Below, piece after piece: positions 9,204 through 16,851 of a stretch of DNA of 57,026 nucleotides. Every line of letters starts with the position of its first letter. Within the stretch, counting starts at the first letter, position 1. The DNA comes from Thermodesulfovibrionales bacterium (GTDB lineage Bacteria; Nitrospirota; Thermodesulfovibrionia; Thermodesulfovibrionales; SM23-35), in the NCBI GenBank assembly GCA_030019415.1, contig JASEEX010000008.1, positions 1 through 57,026 on the forward strand, given 5' to 3'. The notes beneath the pieces are model-generated. The model was not told where the DNA came from. It did no database searches and worked only from the letters and a program-made list of their open reading frames with translations. A program made the translations under genes and the position numbers.

Positions 9204-9665
9204 TTATCTGTTGTTATTGTTGTTGCTCGGATTTTTTGAAATGGTCTTTTTTTGAAGGAAAATTACGCAGTCATCGCATCGGATTTTTGAGGAGTGCCTG
9301 CATATCATCTGACTCAGCTCCCAACAAGGTTTCATCCTATCCTTATAAGCAAGGCAATTGTTTTTCCTTTCTTCTGGACAGTCTGTGATCTCCCAACATG
9401 GCACATAATTAAGAAGCTTTTTAATTCCTTCGATGCTAATTTTCTTATTGTGTATTAACTCTCTTATACAAAAAAGCCATTTAATATCATTCTCGGAATA
9501 GAATCTATTCTTATTCTTACGAGATGGTTTTATTAGGCCATGTTTTTCATAAAGACGTAATGTCTGGTTTGTAGTTCCCAGTAGTTCTGAAACTACTCCT
9601 ATGGTATATAAGGGGATGTCACTTTTATTCTCGATGAATCTTCTTTTTTCTTTTTTATCTACCAT
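9204..9665 (-). CDS. MerR/HspR-family regulator with C-terminal Cys-rich (two-CW-like) domain
   Basis: YTIGVVSELLG..QTLRLYEKHGLIKPSR..NRFYS HTH; tail CWE..C..C..CWE..C..CDDC with 7 Cys. Confidence 0.85.
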   Translation of the reverse strand: MVDKKEKRRFIENKSDIPLYTIGVVSELLGTTNQTLRLYEKHGLIKPSRKNKNRFYSENDIKWLFCIRELIHNKKISIEGIKKLLNYVPCWEITDCPEERKNNCLAYKDRMKPCWELSQMICRHSSKIRCDDCVIFLQKKTISKNPSNNNNNR

Positions 9666-9741
9666 ATTTCTAAAAATTGCACCTCACGGAACTATATTAT
9701 ATAATAATTCGAATTTACAAACAAATTGATTAAGGAGTTAT

Positions 9742-9961
9742 GGAAGCATCTCTTTTTTCGTGATAAGGTTAACCATCAATCTATGAACGGCAATAAATGG
9801 CAGGATATAGTGTTTGAGCGGTTTCTTTTGCCGATCCTGAACTTGATTCAGGACCCAATGAGAATATTTATAATATAAAGAGGCAAAAGCCTCGGAGGTC
9901 GGAACGACCGAGAATGAGCGAAAATACTATATCCTGCCATAACGGAATTGGAGATGCTTCC
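9742..9961. mobile_element. 220-bp MITE, copy 1
   Basis: TIR GGAAGCATCTC/GAGATGCTTCC; 9-bp TSD AGGAGTTAT (9733-9741, 9962-9970); homologous to 51761-51977. Confidence 0.9.
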
Positions 9962-9972
9962 AGGAGTTATCT

Positions 9973-10079
9973 ATGAGTACTAAATGCGAATACAAATACA
10001 TCCCATTGTTATGGGGACAAAAGAGTTTGACAAAGGTATGATGACGTATCAGTATGGCTATGGAGAACCTATTCCGTAA
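9973..10079 (+). pseudogene. Short N-terminal remnant, possibly of an MBL-fold (AHL-lactonase-family) protein
   Basis: With one 1-nt frameshift reads MSTKCEYK(I)HPIVMGTKEFDKGMMTYQYGYGEP; RBS AGGAG lies in the MITE TSD; family call from recall only. Confidence 0.4.
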
Positions 10080-10087
10080 GCTATTTA

Positions 10088-10187
10088 CCCCGTTAGAAAG
10101 CCCCGACATTTACCTTTTTAGATAGTAAATTACGGGGGTTCATTCCTTAATTGACGGCTGGGTTAAAGCCCGCCCTTTCTAACGGGG
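10088..10187. mobile_element. 100-bp element with CCCCGTTAGAAAG/CTTTCTAACGGGG TIRs
   Basis: 4-bp TSD TTTA on both sides; its TIR supplies the current hemB stop codon. Confidence 0.85.
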
Positions 10188-11156
10188 TTTATTCAAAATC
10201 CTTGCTGCCTCTTTTGCAAAATAGGTAAGGATTAAATCAGCGCCAGCACGCTTGATTGATGTAAGTATCTCCATCATAACACGCTCTTCGTCAACCCAGC
10301 CGAGTCTCCCTGCTGCTTTCACAAGTGAGTATTCACCACTAACATTATAAGCTGCTACAGGAACATCAAAGGCATCTTTGACGTCCGAAATAACATCAAG
10401 ATATGCGAGTGCGGGTTTAACCATGATGATGTCTGCTCCCTCTTCTATGTCGAAGGCAACCTCTCTTAAAGCCTCCCTTCTGTTTGCTGGATCCATCTGG
10501 TATGAGCGCCTGTCTCCGGATTGTGGGGCTGACTCTGCTGCCTCCCTGAAAGGACCATAAAAAGCGGATGCGTATTTTGCAGCATAAGACATAATAGATA
10601 TTTCCTGGAATCCTTCTTCATCAAGGGCTAACCTGATTGCTCTGACTCTCCCATCCATCATGTCTGAGGGTGCGACCATGTCAGCACCTGCCTTTGCATG
10701 AGAAACAGCCTCTTTTGACAAAAGCTCAAGTGTCGGGTCGTTTTGAACCTCTTCATCTTTTACCACTCCGCAGTGGCCGTGGCTCGTATATTCACACATG
10801 CAGACATCCGTAATCACATATAATTCAGGAACGGCATCTTTTATAGCCTTTATTGCATCCTGGACAACCCCATGCTCACCGTATGCACTGGAGCCGATTT
10901 CGTCTTTATGTTCCGGGATCCCGAAGAGTATTACGGAGGGTATGCTGAGGGAATAAACTTCTTTGGCATTCTTGACTACCTCGTCAACAGATTCCTGAAA
11001 GCATCCAGGCATTGATGAAATCTCTTTTTTCACATCTTTGCCAAATGTAACAAAAAGAGGATATATGAAATTATCAGGGGAGACGGAGGTTTCTCTCACC
11101 ATTTTTCTGATGGTCTCGTTTTTTCTTAACCTCCTTGGCCTATGAATCGGAAACAT
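10179..11156 (-). CDS. hemB: Porphobilinogen synthase
   Basis: [20 protein letters not shown] (Zn site), [22 protein letters not shown]. Confidence 0.97.
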   Translation of the reverse strand: MFPIHRPRRLRKNETIRKMVRETSVSPDNFIYPLFVTFGKDVKKEISSMPGCFQESVDEVVKNAKEVYSLSIPSVILFGIPEHKDEIGSSAYGEHGVVQDAIKAIKDAVPELYVITDVCMCEYTSHGHCGVVKDEEVQNDPTLELLSKEAVSHAKAGADMVAPSDMMDGRVRAIRLALDEEGFQEISIMSYAAKYASAFYGPFREAAESAPQSGDRRSYQMDPANRREALREVAFDIEEGADIIMVKPALAYLDVISDVKDAFDVPVAAYNVSGEYSLVKAAGRLGWVDEERVMMEILTSIKRAGADLILTYFAKEAARILNKPR

Positions 11157-11367
11157 CTGATTCTGATCCTGACTTATTAAGGGTTTTTCTATAGATTTTA
11201 ATTATATCAGATCTGTGAAATATATATTACGTATTATCTCATGCCCACCATTAACTCCGTAAGTAGAGGCACAACTACATTAAATGAACTGTCATGACGA
11301 GTGAAACGAAGCAATCTGACACTGTAAAAATATTTGGGTTACAAACAACCCCCTGCGTAATCCATGT

Positions 11368-12696
11368 TTAAAGAACTGGTAGATATTTTTCTATCTCATA
11401 AGGGTGAATCCTTATCCGGTAGTCATCCCACTCCACCTTCTTGCTGGTTATAAATTGCTCAAAGATATGGTCACCCAGGGTCTCCCTCAAGAGTTCGCTA
11501 TTTTCTGCATATTCTATGGCCCTATTAAGACTTCCAGGGAGGCAGTCTATGTTATATCTCTTCTTATCCTCATCAGAAAGGTGATAAACATCCATCTCAA
11601 TGGGTTCAGGGAGTTTATAGCCTTTCTCGACACCCTTTAGCCCTGCCTGAAGCATACAGGCAAATGCAAGATAAGGATTACAGGCAGGGTCAGGTGAGCG
11701 TAGCTCTATGCGAGTTGCCTTCTCTTTGCCAGGCTTGTAAAGGGGGACCCTCACAAGGGTTGACCTGTTTCGCCTTGCCCAGCAGATATACACAGGGGCT
11801 TCATAGCCAGAGACAAGTCTCTTGTAAGAATTAACCCATTGATTTAAAACAAGGGTAATCTCTTTTATATGGGTAAGGAGACCTGCAATATATTTCTTTG
11901 CTGTGTCTGAAAGAAAATACTGATCCTTCGGATCAAAGAAGGCATTTCTGTCGTCCTCAAAAAGTGACTGGTGTGTATGCATTCCGCTTCCATTCTGTCC
12001 GAATATGGGCTTCGGCATAAATGTGGCATAGACATCGTACTGTTTAGCTATCTCCTTCACGATTACCCTGTGAGTCATGACTATATCAGCCATTATGAGG
12101 GCATCTTCATACCTTAAATCTATCTCATGCTGTGAATGGGCGACCTCATGATGGGAATACTCTACCTTTATACCCATGGATTCAAGGGCAAGAATGGTAT
12201 CCCGACGAAGGTCCTCAGCAGCATCCAAAGGATAATCAAAATAGCCACCTTCATCGAGGGTCTCTGGACACCTGTCAGATTTAAAATAGAAATATTCAAG
12301 CTCAGGGCCGAGATAAAAGGTAAACCCCTTCTTTTTAGCTTTCTCAAGATTCATCTTCAGGACATATCTTGGATCACCCTTGTAAGGAGAACCATCTGGT
12401 TCATAGATATCGCAAAACATCCTCGCAACTGCCCTTTCCTTAGGCCTCCATGGAAGTATCGCAAAGGTCGTCGGGTCTGGCCTTGCTATCATGTCACTCT
12501 CGTCAATCCTCGCAAATCCCTTTATGGATGAGCCGTCAAATCCCATACCCTCATCAAAGGCAAATTCAAGTTCTTCAATGGGAATAGCAAAACTTTTGAG
12601 CTGGCCATGAATATCAGCAAACCAGAGCCTGATAAACTTCACATCATGCTTTTTTACCAACTCCATCACATCCTTTTTGTCTTTTGGTTTATCCAT
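11368..12696 (-). CDS. glnA: Glutamine synthetase type I (alpha-like)
   Basis: FDGSSI, GPELEYF, HHEVAHSQHE, FMPKP, NGSGMH, GYEAP, NRS, RIELRSPDP. Confidence 0.96.
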   Translation of the reverse strand: MDKPKDKKDVMELVKKHDVKFIRLWFADIHGQLKSFAIPIEELEFAFDEGMGFDGSSIKGFARIDESDMIARPDPTTFAILPWRPKERAVARMFCDIYEPDGSPYKGDPRYVLKMNLEKAKKKGFTFYLGPELEYFYFKSDRCPETLDEGGYFDYPLDAAEDLRRDTILALESMGIKVEYSHHEVAHSQHEIDLRYEDALIMADIVMTHRVIVKEIAKQYDVYATFMPKPIFGQNGSGMHTHQSLFEDDRNAFFDPKDQYFLSDTAKKYIAGLLTHIKEITLVLNQWVNSYKRLVSGYEAPVYICWARRNRSTLVRVPLYKPGKEKATRIELRSPDPACNPYLAFACMLQAGLKGVEKGYKLPEPIEMDVYHLSDEDKKRYNIDCLPGSLNRAIEYAENSELLRETLGDHIFEQFITSKKVEWDDYRIRIHPYEIEKYLPVL

Positions 12697-12944
12697 TTAA
12701 TGCCCTCCTATTAAGTTCTCTATTGATTGCTGAAAGATTCAGCTTTCAACCTCAGCTTTAGCCCATTCTTTATTTTTCCAACAGGTTATATTATCTAATT
12801 ATTTAATTATAAATTCAACGATACTATTACCCTTTTGGAAAAAGGCCTTATAAAAATTTATCGCCCTGCCTGTGTACTCTTCACATATCTTTTCTGTTTC
12901 CTCTATTATGTGGTTTATTTCAGGGCTGTCTTTAAACCATTCAA

Positions 12945-13105
12945 GGAAAACAGACCCTCTTTTCATCTCCAGACTCCAGAAAATCTCCAAGGACATGCAT
13001 GGTCCGTGAGAGATTCTTCTCAATATCAAAGGAAGAGTTCAGAACCCTGCTCACCTCAAGAAGCGCTGAAAGTATACGATTTTCTCTTATGAGGGATAGG
13101 GTCAT
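12945..13105 (-). pseudogene. N-terminal GAF remnant of a NifA-like sigma54 activator
   Basis: LSALLEVSRVLNSSFDIEKNLSRTMHVLGDFLE / MKRGSVFL; frameshifted by a 7-bp duplication (CTCCAGA x2, 12967-12980), then truncated; ATG overlaps the hisH stop. Confidence 0.55.
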
Positions 13106-13731
13106 CTGAATGCCCACTCGCAAAAGTTTTTCAGAATCTTGAGGCCGGGCTTGCCGCTTTTTTCTGAATGGAACTGTGAGGCCACAAAATTCTTGCGAGC
13201 GATCACCGAGGCAAAGGCTATTCCGTATTCAGTTTTTCCCAGCACATATTCTTCCGAGGCGGGCGCTGGATAATAAGTGTGAACGAAATAGAACTCATTA
13301 TTGTCTGGAACTCCATCTATAACAGGATGTCTTTTGGTGAAAGTCACTGTATTCCACCCCATATGAGGAATCTTGAGTTTCTTCCCATCCGGTGAAAGGA
13401 GTGGATGCGGGAATCGCCTGACAGTACCTGGGATTAACCCTAGGCATTGGGTTTCGTCCTCTTCGCTTCTTTCCAGTACTATTTGAGCGCCGAGACAGAT
13501 ACCCAGAATTGGTTTACCCGTATAGAAGGCCCTTTTCAGGGCATCATCCAATCCCAATCTTTTGAGGCTGGCCATAGCTCGTCCTGCTGCTCCTACACCG
13601 GGAAAGATAATACTCTCTGCCTCCAATAGTTCCTCAGCTTTTTGGGTAATCCTGCATCTAAAGCCCAATTTTTTCACGGCTTGTTCAACACTGGTCAGGT
13701 TTCCTGCTTCATAATCGATGATGGCAATCAT
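13102..13731 (-). CDS. hisH: HisH-like class I glutamine amidotransferase
   Basis: MIAIIDYEAGNL, PGVG, GICLG (nucleophile), IPHMGWN, FYFVH, QFHSEKS (His-x-Glu kept); start reset to 13731. Confidence 0.9.
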   Translation of the reverse strand: MIAIIDYEAGNLTSVEQAVKKLGFRCRITQKAEELLEAESIIFPGVGAAGRAMASLKRLGLDDALKRAFYTGKPILGICLGAQIVLERSEEDETQCLGLIPGTVRRFPHPLLSPDGKKLKIPHMGWNTVTFTKRHPVIDGVPDNNEFYFVHTYYPAPASEEYVLGKTEYGIAFASVIARKNFVASQFHSEKSGKPGLKILKNFCEWAFR

Positions 13732-13738
13732 AGATATC

Positions 13739-14333
13739 CTACCGCTCCAGGCGGACTTTAATCCCTTTTCGATGGAGGTAGTCTTTGATCTCCCCGATAG
13801 TATAATGCCCGTAGTGAACCATGGAGGCAATGAGGGCGGCATCAGCCTCACCCTTAGTTAAAACCTGGTATATGTGCTCAGGGGTGCCTGCACCTCCAGA
13901 GGCGATGACTGGAATGTTAACGTTTCCTGAGATAAGGGCGGTCAGGGTCATTTCGTATCCATTCTGGGTACCATCGGCATCTATGGAGTTAAGACAGATT
14001 TCCCCTGCACCTAAGCTTTCTGCCTCCATGGCCCATTTTAAGGCATCTATACCTGTATAGGTTCTTCCTCCGTGGATAACAATTTCGTAGCCGGAGGGGA
14101 TATTTTCTGATTTCTCAACCTTCTTTACATCCATCCCCAAAACGATGCACTGGCTCCCGAAAGACTTAGCTCCCTCGGAAATAATCCCTGGATTCTTTAC
14201 TGCCGCCGTATTGACGCCCACCTTCTCCGCCCCGGCCAGAAGAATCCGGCGCACATCCTCTGTTGTCCTGATTCCTCCCCCTACTGAGAAGGGAATGAAA
14301 ATCTCTTTAGCCACACTGCGAACTACATCGATT
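13739..14333 (-). pseudogene. hisF: HisF-like cyclase lacking its N-terminal part
   Basis: Begins at [21 protein letters not shown]; no IIPCLD/DPV/LDI N-terminus; fused directly to LSAAWQLAL of the upstream gene. Confidence 0.8.
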
Positions 14334-14894
14334 TAAAGCAAGCTGCCACGCAGCACTCAATCCCCAGGACCTCCACCAATGACAGCTATTGTATGTCCTG
14401 ATGGTTTTTCCGTCTTTGGTGCTGGCAGGTCAATGGCAAGGCGTCCGTATTTATCAATGCTAAGAGGTTTGTCAAGCTGTCCCCTCGTGCAGCCCTGCAT
14501 GCAGAGGTTTGGACATATCTGTCCACATACCGTTGCAGGTAACGGGCTATATTGCAAAACCAGTTCCAGCGCCTCATGGAGTTTGCCCTGTCTTATAAGA
14601 GAAGCCCTTTTGTGTGAGGGTATATGTGTTGGGCATGCATACGCACATGGTGGCGCATACTTTTCATTTGCCCAGACCGGTTTATTTCGTCTATCCTTTC
14701 CTGTTGTTATATGCTGCAGCATTAAATGCACCATTGGTAACATCTCCTAAAACAGTAATTTTTGCACCACAGTTAAGCCAGCCTATGTCGTCAGAGGCAC
14801 TTCCTTTTACAATAATCTCGGTACCGAACATTCCCATGCTTCCAAGCCTCTGACCAACAGGACCCTCTACAGTTATTTTTATAGTCTCCCCCTT

Positions 14895-14909
14895 TCCGCC
14901 TGAGGCGGA
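14895..14909. repeat. 15-bp palindrome TCCGCCTGAGGCGGA
   Basis: Flanked by CCTT direct repeat; encodes SASGG inside the ORF. Confidence 0.85.
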
Positions 14910-15089
14910 CCTTGGCCAGATTCTGCCACCAATGCCATGCTGCCCATCAGCTATTATATGCAGTTCTCTTGCACCATCCCTGACCGCTTGCTGTATCTGC
15001 TCTTCAAGTATACGTGAAGGTACCCTTTTACCATTTACATTACCGTAAATGGTGACAATATCTTTTTTGTATGTCTTTTGACTGTTGAC

Positions 15090-15104
15090 TCCGCCTGAGG
15101 CGGA
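15090..15104. repeat. 15-bp palindrome TCCGCCTGAGGCGGA inside a TTGACTG heptamer array
   Basis: Flanked by TGAC direct repeat; encodes SASGG. Confidence 0.85.
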
Positions 15105-15129
15105 TGACTGTTGACTGTTGACTAATTTG

Positions 15130-15664
15130 TTAGCACGCATAACTAATCTCTAACCTCTCTGCCATTGCCTTGTCGTCTATACTCAGTCCGTCAGACATGC
15201 CAATGGGTAATTCTGTGCTCCTGCCCATTGGTGCAAATATCTTCTTTAACTCCACATTAGCAGCCTTGAAGATCTCTACCAGACGTTCAGCAACCCTATC
15301 AGAGTCAAGCCTTCTATAAAGTTTTGGGTCCTGTATAGTTATACCTCTTGGGCACTTACCTGTATTGCAGATGTTACAGCGATTATATTCGTCTCCGAAA
15401 CAATCTGCAGCCGCCTGCATTATGTATTTCCCAATAGAAACTGCTGAGCTGAACAATTCTCTGAACCTTAACAGTGGGTTCGATAGCCTTAACAGGACAT
15501 ACGGCAGTGCAACTGCCGCACCTCTTACATCTGTCGTCTCTCCAACGGATTATATATGGGAACTCCTTTAATGAGAGTTTATGATTGTAGTCTAATTTTG
15601 GGCGTAGGAGGGACTCCGTCCCTCCTACGAGACCTCCCTGAATTTTCCCTTCTATACTTATCAT
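15130..15664 (-). pseudogene. FMN glutamate-synthase subunit with most of its interior deleted
   Basis: N-terminal ferredoxin motif CKRCGSCTAVCP joined out of frame to the C-terminal CNICNTGKCPRGIT..DP segment. Confidence 0.8.
15603..15629. repeat. GTAG-type REP-like hairpin inside the ORF start
   Basis: CGTAGGAGGGA-CTCCG-TCCCTCCTACG perfect 11-bp stem. Confidence 0.7.
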
Positions 15665-15803
15665 GATATCACCCCTTTTGTTTGTATTTTCAAGGGGATT
15701 TCAAAAGGGGGAGGCTTGACGATTACCATGTCATATTTCATTGGAAATATATCCTCACATATTGCTTTTTCTCCGGTTAACCTATCTAAATTTGCTTCAA
15801 ATC

Positions 15804-15854
15804 GGCAATCGGTTACCGTATGTATATACTAAAAATTTTAAGGGCTTTTGTCAA
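15804..15854 (-). promoter_or_regulatory. sigma70 promoter plus candidate NrpR operator
   Basis: TTGACA-N17-TAGTAT (15854-15826), followed 8 nt later by GGTAACCGATTGCC (15817-15804). Confidence 0.6.
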
Positions 15855-15872
15855 ATGAGGAGTTGGGACACT

Positions 15873-16850
15873 TCACAGAAGCTCTTTAAACTTTGTGAGG
15901 TCAGAAAAACTGTAGAGGGTTGACATCGCCTTGCTCTCAGTCGGTATGCCTGCCTCTTCAAGGGCAGCGATGGGGTTAAGGCCCCCGACTATTACCATTC
16001 CTGCCCTGTCCATAGAAACAGGCATTTCAAGGAGAGGTTGGTTTGGATTGCCAAGGAGTAGAATACCTCCAATACCCTTTTCCTTCATAACAGCGCTCAA
16101 TTCTTTTGCCTTTTCAAGGCTCACAACAGGTATTTCCCTGAAACTTGCGAGGATTTTTCCATTGTGGTTTTTTACAGCACCTAAGACATCTGTCATTCTG
16201 CTCTTTATAAATATCTCAAGCGGGTCAAGGGAAGAGCCTTCATAGCTTATAAGTGCGGTGAACCTTGATGGCTCAGAGTTTTCTATCTGCAGTACACCAC
16301 CAAACTTCGATGTGACAGGCACCCCCACCTTAAGGAATATCCCGTTTATTGTCACGCTGCATACAGTGCCAAATCCTATCTGCCCCTTAGGGATGAAGAT
16401 ATCCCTAATCTTTTCACCACCTCTATGTATGACAACTTTATCAGACATGATATGCGGTGATGAAAAAACGGGCTTCATTATCCGTAGTGCTTCTTTAAGT
16501 TTTTCTTCAGGGAAATAGGAAACATTAAGAATTATGTCACCCTCTTTTTTCTCGATATCAAAATTTGTTAGATATGAGAGGGTCTCTATCTTGCTTATTA
16601 CAAAACCGACCTTTTCGGATACAAGGGCTTGGGATAGCTCTTCCCTACCTTTTTGCGTAATCATTCTACCTTCCTTCCCAAATACCTTTGTAAGACCTCT
16701 CTCATCGAGTATTCTGAGATGGTATCGAACAGTCCTTTCAGTAAGTTCTACTCCGTGGAGTTTTAACTGTCTCGATAACTCTCTTGAACCGAGTATTTTA
16801 TCTGGTTGTTTGTCAAGAATCTTTAAGATTGAAAGCATTGTCTTATTCAT
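15873..16850 (-). CDS. nrpR: NrpR nitrogen repressor (wHTH + DUF128/NRD)
   Basis: LGSRELS..L.ERTVRYHL..LDERGLT; TVCSVTINGI; ASFREIP; VGGLNP; start reset to MNKT. Confidence 0.9.
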   Translation of the reverse strand: MNKTMLSILKILDKQPDKILGSRELSRQLKLHGVELTERTVRYHLRILDERGLTKVFGKEGRMITQKGREELSQALVSEKVGFVISKIETLSYLTNFDIEKKEGDIILNVSYFPEEKLKEALRIMKPVFSSPHIMSDKVVIHRGGEKIRDIFIPKGQIGFGTVCSVTINGIFLKVGVPVTSKFGGVLQIENSEPSRFTALISYEGSSLDPLEIFIKSRMTDVLGAVKNHNGKILASFREIPVVSLEKAKELSAVMKEKGIGGILLLGNPNQPLLEMPVSMDRAGMVIVGGLNPIAALEEAGIPTESKAMSTLYSFSDLTKFKELL

Positions 16851-16851
16851 G

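Larger units (their letters stand above)
14334..15140 (-). pseudogene. Broken GXGXG + Fe-S/FAD glutamate-synthase-related subunit
   Basis: GQHGIGGR, GQRLGSMG, DDIGWLNCG (GXGXG domain), then a deletion jump to PPCAYACP..CGQICPNLCMQGC, GGGP(G) with a 1-nt frameshift, then truncation. Confidence 0.8.

Noticed and set aside
9104-9388. ORFs 9104-9388, 9927-10109, 33464-33712, 49694-49954, 51716-51910, 51930-52187
   Set aside because: They are translations of repeat elements or antisense overlaps with real genes.
12799-12945. Coding-like segment upstream of glnA (EWFKDSPE..FIIK)
   Set aside because: May be the tail of a deleted gene, but no family could be recognised.
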